Assembly (NCBI GenBank): GCA_963847655.1
Contig: CAWKAS010000002.1
Location: 513,729-577,728 of the forward strand
Direction: 5' to 3'
Origin: an uncultured Acidobacteriota bacterium
GTDB taxonomy: Bacteria; Acidobacteriota; Vicinamibacteria; Fen-336
Length of the DNA stretch: 64,000 nt
Positions 19,914 to 29,293 of this stretch are shown piece after piece. The position numbers and the translations under genes are program-made. Every line of letters begins with the position of its first letter. The stretch's first letter is position 1. The notes under the pieces are model-generated. The model searched no databases, was not told the origin of the DNA, and was given only the letters and a program-made list of their open reading frames with translations.

Positions 19914-20207
19914 CTAGATATCCACCGGAAAGGCCACTCCCTGGTCGGCGGGGACCTTCTCCGTGGGCACGAATTCCTCGAGCTGCTTCTCGGCCTCCGC
20001 CGTCGGTGAGGGCTTCGGTGAGGGTGTCGGTTCGGGCGTCGGTTCGGGCGTCGGTTCGACGGCGGGCGCCTCGGCCTCCTTCTGCACCGGCGCGGGGTCC
20101 GTCGGTGTCGCCGGGTCCGGCCCGGGCGCGGGGGCCTGACCTCCAGCGGCCGCGATCGCCGCCACCGCGAGGAGAGCGAACAGCAGGTTGCGCACGAGAA
20201 CGTTCAT
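19914..20207 (-). CDS. Small secreted Pro/Glu/Thr-rich repeat protein (97 aa; signal peptide + PEPT repeats)
   Basis: MNVLVRNLLFALLAVAAIAAAGG then EPTPEPTPEPTPSPKPSPT, encoded by a ggttcgggcgtc triplet DNA repeat. 22 bp downstream of the DUF3604 gene. Confidence 0.5.
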   Translation of the reverse strand: MNVLVRNLLFALLAVAAIAAAGGQAPAPGPDPATPTDPAPVQKEAEAPAVEPTPEPTPEPTPSPKPSPTAEAEKQLEEFVPTEKVPADQGVAFPVDI

Positions 20208-20229
20208 GGTCTCCGTGTCCTGCCTGGTC

Positions 20230-22152
20230 CTACGGCGTGTACCAGATCGGCGCCGTGTAGGCGCGCTCCTGGTGAGTCGTCTCGGCGCCCTCGGGAATCT
20301 CGACGCCATAGCGAAAGGCGTCGTAGACCACCCAGCGCGGGGTGGGGATCTCGAGCACACGGGCATAGTAGAAGGCGCTCTCTGCCGGATCGAAGTCCGG
20401 ATCGGCCCAGACCGTCCCGAGCTCGGAGGCCCCAATCGTGTTGCTCCAGTTGGCCGCGGCGATGTCCACAGTGTTGCCCACCGGCGGCAGGACGCCCTTG
20501 GCGTCCGGCTTCCGCCCGACGGACCAGGCGACGTCGTAGACCTTCTCGTGTGTCTTGCCGTTGGCGTCCAGCCAGCCCTTGACGATCTGGATGCGGTCCA
20601 GGTTGGCCCCGACCACGTCGCGCAGCGCGTAGACCATGAAGGTGGGTGCGCCGCCGCCATCGTGGGGGCGGAGGTCGCCACCCATCGGCACCCCTTTCTC
20701 GTAGCCGCGGAAGGCGGGCTGGCGGCTGTTCATGTCCTCCGCCGTGTAGTCCCAACCACCGAAGAAGCGCACCGTGATCCGAGGGCCGGTGGTGCCGTAG
20801 ACCTCCTTGCGCTCCATCGCGTCCCAGATCGCCTCGCGGGTGTTCTCCTTCGCCCAGACCGCGGCGTAGCCGGAGGCGACGAGCTCGTAGCCCTCGAAGA
20901 CGCCGTTCTCGGTCTTGGTGAAGGGGTGCATCATGCGCCTCGGTGAGGGCTCGGCGTTGGTTGCCTTGCCGAAGAAGTTGTCTTCCTCGACGGCGGAAAG
21001 AGCCGTGTGGCTGTCGGTCGAGCCGACCAGGCCGAACTTGTAGGGGTTGGTGCCGAGCCGTTCCTCCAGCAGCAGGCCATTCTTCAGGGCCTCGCGGGCG
21101 TACTCGTGCTGCAGCATGTCCCGGGTCTTGGCCTCGGAAAGATCGAGGTTTCCGGCGTCCCAGGTCTCGTAGTCGGCGAAGGCGTCGTCGGGCGACAGGA
21201 AGGGATGCGCCTCGCCATCGCCCTTGATCTGGGTGATCTCGTACATCGGCTCCCATCGCGCCCGCGACTCGACGTACTTCTGGTCGAGCTTGCGGCCCGT
21301 GTACTGGGCGTCGACCGGGAACATGATTCCGTTCGACAGGTTGCCGTTGTGAGCCAGTGCAAGCGCAGAGCCACCGGTCTTGGCCTCGTAGTTCTCGAGA
21401 TATGCGTAGAGATCGAGCGGATCGGTCGAGCCCACCGGAGCCTGGGTGGTGTAGGGCACGACCTGGCCTGCCTTCGCGGCGCCTTCGCGGAAGATCACGT
21501 TGCGGTGCAGGTTGTTGCCCTGGACCAGCGATGTCCACTCGAAGCCGATCAAGGTCGTGAACTTGCCAGGATCGTTGAACCGCTCGGCGGCGTCGATCAC
21601 CTTCTCCCAGATCGAGGCGTAGGTCTTCCCGCCGGGCGAGTACTCCTTCATCATCTCCGGATCGATCTTTCCCTGAGAGAACGTCCCGATCAGATCCAGT
21701 GCGGCTGCCGTCGAAGCCTCCCCACCGACCTGCAGGCCGTCGTACCAGCGCCTGGCCTGGTCGAACTTGATGATCCCGGGCTCACCTGCCTCGAGATCGT
21801 TGAAGAAGCCCATACCATCGGAGTGGTCGGCGATCACCAGCCAGTCGAGCGGGCGGCCAAGCCGGGCCGGCTGGCCGCTCGAGGAGGTCACTTGCTCGCC
21901 GCGGGCGAAGCGGTACGCCTCATCGAGGCCGAGGCGCGCACCGAACAGGCCGGCATCCATCGAGAGGCCAGTGTGCAGGTGGGTGTCGCCCCAGAACACC
22001 TTGTCGGGAAAGCCGCGCTCCGCATAGGGCGAGTAGGCCTTCCCGGGATAGAGGCCGGAAAGGGACTCCTCCGACGGCGTGATCTGCGCCGCCACCGGGC
22101 TGGCGAGGGCGAGAAACACCGCGCCGATCGCCAGGAGTGTGCATCGCTTCAT
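20230..22152 (-). CDS. Secreted DUF3604-family protein
   Basis: 640 aa with signal peptide [23 protein letters not shown]; composition and length fit DUF3604 (family assignment from memory). Confidence 0.55.
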   Translation of the reverse strand: MKRCTLLAIGAVFLALASPVAAQITPSEESLSGLYPGKAYSPYAERGFPDKVFWGDTHLHTGLSMDAGLFGARLGLDEAYRFARGEQVTSSSGQPARLGRPLDWLVIADHSDGMGFFNDLEAGEPGIIKFDQARRWYDGLQVGGEASTAAALDLIGTFSQGKIDPEMMKEYSPGGKTYASIWEKVIDAAERFNDPGKFTTLIGFEWTSLVQGNNLHRNVIFREGAAKAGQVVPYTTQAPVGSTDPLDLYAYLENYEAKTGGSALALAHNGNLSNGIMFPVDAQYTGRKLDQKYVESRARWEPMYEITQIKGDGEAHPFLSPDDAFADYETWDAGNLDLSEAKTRDMLQHEYAREALKNGLLLEERLGTNPYKFGLVGSTDSHTALSAVEEDNFFGKATNAEPSPRRMMHPFTKTENGVFEGYELVASGYAAVWAKENTREAIWDAMERKEVYGTTGPRITVRFFGGWDYTAEDMNSRQPAFRGYEKGVPMGGDLRPHDGGGAPTFMVYALRDVVGANLDRIQIVKGWLDANGKTHEKVYDVAWSVGRKPDAKGVLPPVGNTVDIAAANWSNTIGASELGTVWADPDFDPAESAFYYARVLEIPTPRWVVYDAFRYGVEIPEGAETTHQERAYTAPIWYTP

Positions 22153-22170
22153 TTCGATTCTCCCTCCCTC

Positions 22171-24591
22171 TCACTCCGCGTACCGCGCGATGCGGAAACC
22201 CAGGTCCGGCCGGGGCTCCCTGGCGTAGTCGCGGTAGCTCAGGCGGAGCTCGGTGACGGAGGCGTGCCTCCAGCTCGCCCCCCTGATCACATGGTACTCG
22301 CCCTCGGCGGGACCGGTAGGGTCGCGCACGAGGCTGCCCGACATCGAGGGGGTGATCGTGTACAGGTCGTGCATCCACTCCGCCACGTTGCCGCCGAGGT
22401 GGTAGATCCCCAGCGCGTTGGGCGCGAGGGAGCCCACCGGGGCCGTGGCCGCATACCCATCGGTGTAGTCGGGCAGCGTGCGCCGGAGGAGCTCGCGCGC
22501 GCTCTGGTCGCCGTAGTTCCCGGCCTCCGGGGGAACCGGGAAGGCCTTGCCCCAGGGATAGCGCAGGGGGCCCTGGCCGCCCGGGTAGCGCGCCACCCGC
22601 TCCCACTCGGCCTCGGTGGGGAGACGGTACCCGGTCGTCAGCGGGACCGTCGCCGCGAGCTGGCCCCCGCGCCGCTCGTAGGCCGGGGGCAGGCCGTCCT
22701 TCTGGCTGAGCCAGTTGCAGTAGGCGGCGGCCTCCTCCCAGCCGACGCGCACCACCGGGTAGTTGTCGATGTTCAGGCTCTGGGTCCCGGCACGCCCCGA
22801 GTCGTGGGTGGCGACGAACTCGCGGAACTGGGCGTTGGTGACCTCGGTGGTGGCCATGTAGAACGGCCGGACGAGCTCGACGTCGCGAAGCGGCTCGTTC
22901 GCGCGGCGGCCGGGCTCGCGGCGCGACGCCCCCATCTGGATCCGCATGCCCTTCACCAGGACCAGCTCCTGACCGGAGGCGGCGGTGATCCGAGGCGGCA
23001 GCGACTCCTCCCGGGCCTGCTCCTCGCTCTTGAGGGCGACCTTCACCGCCTGGGGAAAGCCGGGCCGGGGGGTCACCGTCTGCTTGTGGGGGAGGTAGCC
23101 CGGGCGGCGGATCACGATCTCGTGGGGGAGCGCGATGAGGGTCAGCGTCTGGCTCGCCCGGCCCCGGGGCTCTCCGTCCACCAGCAGCTCGGCGTCCGGG
23201 GGGCGCGCGTCGACCTGCACCTCCCCCATGCGGGGAGCGAGGCGCAGCGACTCCTCGCGGCGCTCCCCGGGGGCGATCTCCACCGCCAGCGTCGCGTCCT
23301 CGTAGCCGGCCTTCCCCACCTTCACCGCGAGGGCGCGACGAGGGGCCACGACCAGCTCGACGGGCGTCTCCCCGCGCCACTGGCCGTCCACCGTCACGGC
23401 CGCCCCCGCGGGATCGCTGGCCAGCACGAGCACGGCGTCCGCGGGAACCAGGTCGACTCCGGGCAGGGTGAGGGGCTGGCCGGCCACGACGTCGATCCGC
23501 CGCGTGGCGGGCTTGAAGGCGCCCAGCGAGTAGGTCACCGCCCGACGTCCGGCGCTGACCGCGGCGGTGAGAGGGGTCGTGCCGAGGGACCGCCCGTCCA
23601 CCCGCACCGTCGCCCCCGGCGGGTTGGTGGCGAAGGTCACGGGCGCGCTGTTGGCCAGGAGCTCGACCTCCAGCCTCTGCTCGATGCCCCGGCCCTCGAT
23701 CTCGAGCACGGTGCGGAAGGCGACGTAGCCCTCGGCGCGGACCACGATCTCGCGCTCGCCCGCGGGCACGGAGACCGGCGCGAGCGGCGAGGTCCCCACC
23801 ACCTCGCCGTCGACCAGGACCTCGGCGCCCTCGACGTCCCCGGCGTCGACGAGGAGACGGCCGGGAAGACGCTCGAGGGTGTACTCCAGCGTCTGGCGGG
23901 ACGCGGTGGTCACCTCGACGGACACCTCCAGACGCTGGTACCCCTCCTTCTCCGCGACCAGGGTGTAGGAGCCGGGCCGAGCCAGGTAGCTCGAGCCATA
24001 GGAGACGGCGGGGGGGAAGCCCTCGAGGGCGACGTCGTCGGGTTCGGGCTCGATCGCCACCTCGACCGAGCGCGCGGTGGCGATGAAGGCAACGAGCAGC
24101 GCCGCCGCCGCGACGACGGCGCCGATCAGCAGACGCGAGAGCCGGCGGCGCAGGTCGCTCCTCGGACTCGCCCCCGCCGTCCCCGGGGTGAAGGTGATCG
24201 GGGTGACGGCGCGCCCGGGGGCCGCGTCGTCCGCGCCCGGGGCCGGGTCACGGGGCGGGGGCACCAGGACGACCGGCGGCTCGGTGGGGTTGAGGTCGGC
24301 GAGCTGCTCGACGCGGAGGTGCAGGCCGTCAGAGCGTCGGGCGGCCTCGAGATGGGTGGCCCCGATGCGCAGCACGTCGCCGTCGCGCAGCCAGTGCGAG
24401 GCCGTCAGCCGGGCGCCGTTGCAGAGCACGGGCACCCCGGCCGCCGGCTGGATGAACACCTCGCCCTCCTCGAAGCCGAGCCAGGCGAGGGGAGCCGGCG
24501 TCCCGGGCATGACGACCGGGGAGTCGGGGCCGCCGAGGGCGATCGGGAAGTCCGCCTCCCCCAGACGGGTCGTCCGCCCCCCGTCCTCCAC
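22171..24591 (-). CDS. Multidomain membrane protein: N-terminal FHA-like, TM helix, PEGA repeats, C-terminal FGE-sulfatase (SUMF1-like) domain
   Basis: FHA-like VLCNGARLTASHWLRDGDVLRIG. TM LIGAVVAAAALLVAFIA. Several PEGA-like repeats. C-terminus NAQFREFV...PVVRVGWEEAAAYCNWLS...YRLPTEAEWERVAR...GGNVAEWMHD...HVIRGASW matches FGE/SUMF1. Confidence 0.75.
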   Translation of the reverse strand: MEDGGRTTRLGEADFPIALGGPDSPVVMPGTPAPLAWLGFEEGEVFIQPAAGVPVLCNGARLTASHWLRDGDVLRIGATHLEAARRSDGLHLRVEQLADLNPTEPPVVLVPPPRDPAPGADDAAPGRAVTPITFTPGTAGASPRSDLRRRLSRLLIGAVVAAAALLVAFIATARSVEVAIEPEPDDVALEGFPPAVSYGSSYLARPGSYTLVAEKEGYQRLEVSVEVTTASRQTLEYTLERLPGRLLVDAGDVEGAEVLVDGEVVGTSPLAPVSVPAGEREIVVRAEGYVAFRTVLEIEGRGIEQRLEVELLANSAPVTFATNPPGATVRVDGRSLGTTPLTAAVSAGRRAVTYSLGAFKPATRRIDVVAGQPLTLPGVDLVPADAVLVLASDPAGAAVTVDGQWRGETPVELVVAPRRALAVKVGKAGYEDATLAVEIAPGERREESLRLAPRMGEVQVDARPPDAELLVDGEPRGRASQTLTLIALPHEIVIRRPGYLPHKQTVTPRPGFPQAVKVALKSEEQAREESLPPRITAASGQELVLVKGMRIQMGASRREPGRRANEPLRDVELVRPFYMATTEVTNAQFREFVATHDSGRAGTQSLNIDNYPVVRVGWEEAAAYCNWLSQKDGLPPAYERRGGQLAATVPLTTGYRLPTEAEWERVARYPGGQGPLRYPWGKAFPVPPEAGNYGDQSARELLRRTLPDYTDGYAATAPVGSLAPNALGIYHLGGNVAEWMHDLYTITPSMSGSLVRDPTGPAEGEYHVIRGASWRHASVTELRLSYRDYAREPRPDLGFRIARYAE

Positions 24592-24605
24592 GTGAACGGC
24601 GATGC

Positions 24606-26546
24606 TCAGATGGCCTCCTCGCAGCGCACCACGATCGGTGGCGGCGTGGCCGCGGGCTCCACCACCAGCTGCCGACGCACGTCGCGGTAGCCGCTCCGCG
24701 TCCCGACCACGGTGTAGGTGCCCGGCCGAAGGTCGAGCGTCAGGCGCTCGAACGCGCCGAGGCGCCCCACCTTGTGTACCACGACCTCGGTCTTGCCGTC
24801 GGACTCCAGCACCACTCCCACCGGCGTGCGCATCTCCACGAGGGCGCGCTCGAGGTCCGCCACCTGCTTGCGGTGGCGCGGTCCGGGGGCGTCGATCTCA
24901 CGGGCCTGCTGGAGGAGCACCTCGGCCTCGCCCGCCACCGCGTCCGTGGCCAGCCGCAGCGGGTGGTCGACGTGGTAGGCCAGCTTCTCGGCCAGCTCCG
25001 CGCGCCGCGTCGCCCGCTCGCGACCCTCGAGGGCGAACGCGACCGCGGGGTCGAGTTTGAGCGCCGTCTCGTACTCGGCCAGGGCCCGGCGCCAGTCCTC
25101 TTGCGTCTCGTAGCCGCGGGCCAGGTCGCGCTGCCGGGCGAGGGCGGCCGTCCGCTCCGCCTCCTCGATGCGCCCTCGAGCGTCGGCCACCACGGGAGAG
25201 CCGGGCTGGAGGGCGGCGGCACGCGCCAGCCCCTCCCGCGCCGCGGGCCAGTCGGCCCGCTCGAGGGCCGCCTCCGCGTCCGACATGGCCGCCGCGAACG
25301 CCTCGCTCGCCCCCCCTTCCGGCGGCTCGCGAGAGGGGTTCGTGGATGGGGGTTCCACCGCCTCGGGCGCCGGCTCACGAGGCGCGGGGGGCGGTGTGGG
25401 AGTCGCCTCCGCCGGCATCGCCCGCTCCGCGGCTCGCGCGGGAGGGGACTCGAGCCGAGGCGTCGGGTGGGACTCCGCCTCGGGTGGAGGGGGTGAGGGC
25501 ACGGCTTCGGCGGTGGCGGCGACCGGCGGGGCCGGGCGTTCGGCCAGGCGGGGCAGGACCAGCACCACGAACAGCACGGCGGCGGCGAGGAGTCCGAGCA
25601 GAGCGGCCTGGGCGAGGGGAAAGGAGCGAGGCGACGGGGGCGACGGCGGCGAGAGAGGGGCCTTCGGGGTCGGGACCCCCACCCCGCGTACACGAGGAGG
25701 CGGCTGCAGACGCACCTCCCGCGGACGCGACACCGGGCGGGCCGGGCCCCCGAGCTCCTCTTCGATTCCCCGCAGGGCCTCTTCGACCGCGGCCATGTCG
25801 CGCGGTCTCTCCTCGGGCGCCTTCGCGAGCATCGACGCGACCAGCCCCCGCAGGCTCTCCGGGATGGGGTGGGGCCCGGCCAGGGGCGGCGGCGGCACGG
25901 AGCGGAGCTCGTCCCGGGTGGCCCCCGCGGGGCGGCTCGAGAGGAGCTCGTGGAGCAGCGCGCCCAGGGCGTACACGTCGTCCGCAGGCTGCGCGGGGGC
26001 GCCCGCGCGCTGCTGGGGGCTCATGCTCGCCCGGGAGCCGCCCCCGTGGAGGACCAGGCCCTCGTCGTCGAGGGAGGCGGCGACGGCCGCGATCCCGAAG
26101 TCGGCGAGGTGGGCACGGCCGGATGCGTCGAGCAGGACGTTGGTGGGCTTGACGTCGCGGTGCACCACCCCGAGCCCGTGGAGGTGGCCGAGGGCGTGGG
26201 CCACCTCGCCCGCGAGACGGACGATCGCCCGCGGCTCGCCGCCACGCAGCCGACCGGCGTCGCCCCCCGGCATGTAGCGCGAGACGACGGCCGCGCCGTG
26301 GGGTCCCTGCTCGAAGCCGTACACGGGGACGATCCCCGGGTGCTGCACCTTGCGGACGAGCCGGGCCTCGCGGCGCAGGAGGGCGACGCGGTCCGCGGGG
26401 GCGTCAGCGGGGAGGAGCTTGGCCACGACCTCCTCGCCCCGCGAGGCGTCGCGGGCCAGCCAGGCCTCGCCCATGCCCCCGCGCCCGAGCCGGCGCACGA
26501 GCGTGAGGTGGGGCAGGAACTCGAGCCCGGGCTCCAGCGGGGTCAT
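24606..26546 (-). CDS. Ser/Thr protein kinase with Pro-rich linker, TM, TPR-like region and C-terminal PEGA domain
   Basis: Start at MTPLEPGLEF (ORF-track N-extension is an artefact). GxGxxG LGRGGMGEAWLA; VAKL Lys; HRDVKPTNVLL; DFG; PEGA at the C-terminus. Confidence 0.8.
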   Translation of the reverse strand: MTPLEPGLEFLPHLTLVRRLGRGGMGEAWLARDASRGEEVVAKLLPADAPADRVALLRREARLVRKVQHPGIVPVYGFEQGPHGAAVVSRYMPGGDAGRLRGGEPRAIVRLAGEVAHALGHLHGLGVVHRDVKPTNVLLDASGRAHLADFGIAAVAASLDDEGLVLHGGGSRASMSPQQRAGAPAQPADDVYALGALLHELLSSRPAGATRDELRSVPPPPLAGPHPIPESLRGLVASMLAKAPEERPRDMAAVEEALRGIEEELGGPARPVSRPREVRLQPPPRVRGVGVPTPKAPLSPPSPPSPRSFPLAQAALLGLLAAAVLFVVLVLPRLAERPAPPVAATAEAVPSPPPPEAESHPTPRLESPPARAAERAMPAEATPTPPPAPREPAPEAVEPPSTNPSREPPEGGASEAFAAAMSDAEAALERADWPAAREGLARAAALQPGSPVVADARGRIEEAERTAALARQRDLARGYETQEDWRRALAEYETALKLDPAVAFALEGRERATRRAELAEKLAYHVDHPLRLATDAVAGEAEVLLQQAREIDAPGPRHRKQVADLERALVEMRTPVGVVLESDGKTEVVVHKVGRLGAFERLTLDLRPGTYTVVGTRSGYRDVRRQLVVEPAATPPPIVVRCEEAI

Positions 26547-26568
26547 CAGGGGGCGGGGCGAGCGGCTC

Positions 26569-27915
26569 TCACGACCCCTGGGTCTCGGCCCCGAAGACGC
26601 CCGCATCGAGGGGCGGGGCCGGGGGAGGCTCGACCACCACGGGGGGCGCCATGGCCCCGGTCCCTTCGCCCGCGGGGGCGGCGGTGGCCTCGGCCGGCGC
26701 CGGGGGCGGGGAGCTGACGTTGATGTCCTCGGGCAGCGCGGCGTCGGTCCGGGCGATCTGCCGGAGCAGCGCCCTCCATTGCCCGAACTGCTCCTCTGCC
26801 GACCCCTTGAGCTCGACGATCTTCCCGTCGACGTCCACGATGAGCTCCGACACGTCGGCGCCGAAGGACTCCCCGAGCTCCTCGAGGGCGTCCTTGTGGA
26901 TCTCCGACTCGGCCTTGTCCTGGAAGCCGCTCTGGATGGCGGCGACCCCGCCGATGATCGCGATGTCCCGGATGTCCCCGTCCGCACCCCTGCGGTCGCC
27001 CGGGGCGAACAGGCCCCCGAGGATGGCCAGGCCACCGCCGATCCACTTCGCCCACTTCTTGTTGTTGATCGCGTCGTAGGCCGCCTGCTCGGTGTAGCTG
27101 TTGGCCCGCCAGTCGTCGTAGGGCTTGCCCATCCGCGCGTGGAAGTCGGAGTAGTACGCGTTGAGGGTGTCCACGAACATGTCGTCCCGCTCGCGGATGA
27201 GGCGGAGGCGGAGGAGCATCGGGTCGGACTCGTCCGGCAGCCGCGCCACCTCGTACCGGCCCTTCCCGTCCGTCTCGAGGTAGGGACCGAACGTGTCGGG
27301 GGCGAACTCCGAGGCGAAACGGAGGCGGGCCACCTCGCGGATGTGCACCAGCTCCTCTCTCTTCCGCTTCTCGCGCGCCTTCAACAGGTCGTTGGCGATC
27401 TCGTTGTAGAGGCTCTGGAAGGGATCGAGTCCGTCCACGTTCTCGGCGGCGTAGGACAGCACCCGGGCCTTGTGCTGGTAGTCCTCGTCGAGCCACTTCC
27501 GTCCCGTGGCGTCCCAGGCCACGACCTGCACCTTGAGCTCCTTGCCGTGGGACTTCTCGATCTTGCCGAGGATGGACAGCTCGGCCCAGGGCACGCCCCC
27601 GGGCACCACGCGGACCGCGCCCCACTGCCCGGTGGACTGCAGGGTGTTGCGCAGATGGGTGGGGATGAAGCGCGCCTCGGCCTTGCGCACCGACGGCTGG
27701 ACGCCCTTCTCGGTGAGGGCCTCGCGGTCGTGGTCGTCGATGCTGGGCGAGAACAGGTCGATGGCCACGTCCAGCAGCCGCTCCTCCGGGATCTCGCCGT
27801 CGGGGAGATCCGCCTCGACGTAGTCGTCACCGGCCAGGGCGACGGGGGCCGGCCCCAGTCCGACGAGCACCGCCAGCACCGCCGCGAGCACCTTCCCAGC
27901 ACGACGTCCGTTCAT
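26569..27915 (-). CDS. Secreted/lipoprotein-like hypothetical protein
   Basis: MNGRRAGKVLAAVLAVLVGLGPAPVALAGDD signal; RBS GGGGGAG; no family recognised. Confidence 0.55.
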   Translation of the reverse strand: MNGRRAGKVLAAVLAVLVGLGPAPVALAGDDYVEADLPDGEIPEERLLDVAIDLFSPSIDDHDREALTEKGVQPSVRKAEARFIPTHLRNTLQSTGQWGAVRVVPGGVPWAELSILGKIEKSHGKELKVQVVAWDATGRKWLDEDYQHKARVLSYAAENVDGLDPFQSLYNEIANDLLKAREKRKREELVHIREVARLRFASEFAPDTFGPYLETDGKGRYEVARLPDESDPMLLRLRLIRERDDMFVDTLNAYYSDFHARMGKPYDDWRANSYTEQAAYDAINNKKWAKWIGGGLAILGGLFAPGDRRGADGDIRDIAIIGGVAAIQSGFQDKAESEIHKDALEELGESFGADVSELIVDVDGKIVELKGSAEEQFGQWRALLRQIARTDAALPEDINVSSPPPAPAEATAAPAGEGTGAMAPPVVVEPPPAPPLDAGVFGAETQGS

Positions 27916-27929
27916 GGCCGCTCCCCCGC

Positions 27930-29022
27930 TCACGAGCCCGCGCTCCTCTTGTACTCCCTGTACTCGTCCCACAGCTTCTCGCGCAGCTCCGGGTCCTCTT
28001 CCTCCATGGCCGCCTCGCGCAGCTGGCGCGCGACCACGTCGTCGTCTCTCCCGTCACCGACATCGGGGGGCACCCGCGAATCGGCGCCTCCTCGTCTCCC
28101 CTCGACCTCGGACGTGGACCCGGAACCGCCGCCGGCGTCCCTCGAGCTGCCCGTGGTGTTGTCGCCGCCCTGGCTGCCGCCTTCTGCCCCGGCCTGGTCA
28201 CCCCGCCCCGGCGGTCCGGCGCTCGGGCCCGCGCCGCCACCGGCCGTCGCAGACGCTCCGGAGTCGCCGGCGGCACCCGGGGCCCCGGCATCCGGACGGC
28301 TCGGAATCGGGTCCTCGCGCTGCTTCTCCTCGAGGGCCTGCTGTTGCCTCAGCAGCATCTCGTCGAACTCGCCCAGCGCGGTCCGCAGACGTCCGTCGAG
28401 GGCCGCGCGCTCCTCCTCGGGGGTCATGGCGCCGCCGCCGGGCGGACCGCCACCATCCGAGGGGGAGCCCGCAGAACCGGCGGAGGAGGCCGAGGTGCCC
28501 GCCCCCCGGCTGCCCGTGGAGCCCGCGGACGCGCTCGCTCCCGAAGGGCCCGAGGTCGAGCCCGGCACGCTCGCCGAGCCCGGTGAGCCCTGGCCCCCGC
28601 CCGCGCTGGTCACGGAGGCGTCGGATTCCGCGCCGCTCTGGCCGCCTGCCGAGCCCGACCTTCCGGAGGAGGCCTCCTCGCCCCCGGAGCCCTCACTGCC
28701 CGTGGCGCCGGCGGACACCGTGGCCTCGGCTTCCGCCGTCTTGTCTCCGCCTTCCGAGCCGGACCCACCGGACGCGGACGCTTCGGCTCCGGATTCCGAA
28801 CCGACAGACCCCGTCGGTCCCTCCGACTGACCCTCGGTCCCGGTCGCTTGGACCTCCGGGGCGGGCCCGCTTTCGGACGCCTCCCCCGGCGAGGAGGTCT
28901 GGGCGGTCGGAGGCTGGGGAGGCTGGAGGCGGCCGGGACGACGGCTGCGGGGAGGCACACGCCCCGAGCAGGCCGAGACCGGCCAGGACCGCGATCCACC
29001 GCGAACGACTGCCCCAATTCAT
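27930..29022 (-). CDS. Gly/Ser/Ala-rich acidic lipoprotein with apparent frameshift between signal peptide and body (about 28900-28940)
   Basis: Lipoprotein signal MNWGSRSRWIAVLAGLGLLGAC with RBS GAAGGGAG in one frame. Body (GS-rich, acidic C-terminus ...EEEDPELREKLWDEYREYKRSAGS) in another frame. The switch lies in a ccagcctcc(cc)agcctcc repeat. Confidence 0.45.
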
Positions 29023-29293
29023 GAAGACGGTGCTCCCTTCCGACGCTACCATCTAAGCAACCCCTGTGCCACCGTCGTTCGTCAAGAGGATGTCAACACG
29101 GTGCCAAGAATTTCCAATTCAACAACTTACGGGACTGTTTCGAGCCCACCCCGGGAGGCCCCGCCGGACTCGTCCCCATCGGGTGACGCCTCCGTCCGCC
29201 CTGAGTCACAGACGGGCCGATTCGGTCGTCGTGCGTCTTGCATCGGGGCCACCCGAAGAGCTAGCCTCGCGCCCGACACGGGGGGACCTTGCG

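Noticed and set aside
20020-20060. ggttcga-like strings that could suggest a tRNA T-loop
   Set aside because: They are part of the ggttcgggcgtc coding triplet repeat (EPTPEPTP) of the small secreted protein. No cloverleaf context. No tRNA, rRNA or CRISPR seen anywhere in the window.
21007-24690. 1227 aa plus-strand ORF, plus similar long ORFs 50048-52759(-), 58246-61248(+), 12255-14360(-) and 43216-45018(-)
   Set aside because: Antisense or alternate-frame ORFs with low-complexity Arg/Gly/Ala/Pro composition. They are expected by chance at this GC content and overlap strongly supported genes on the other strand.
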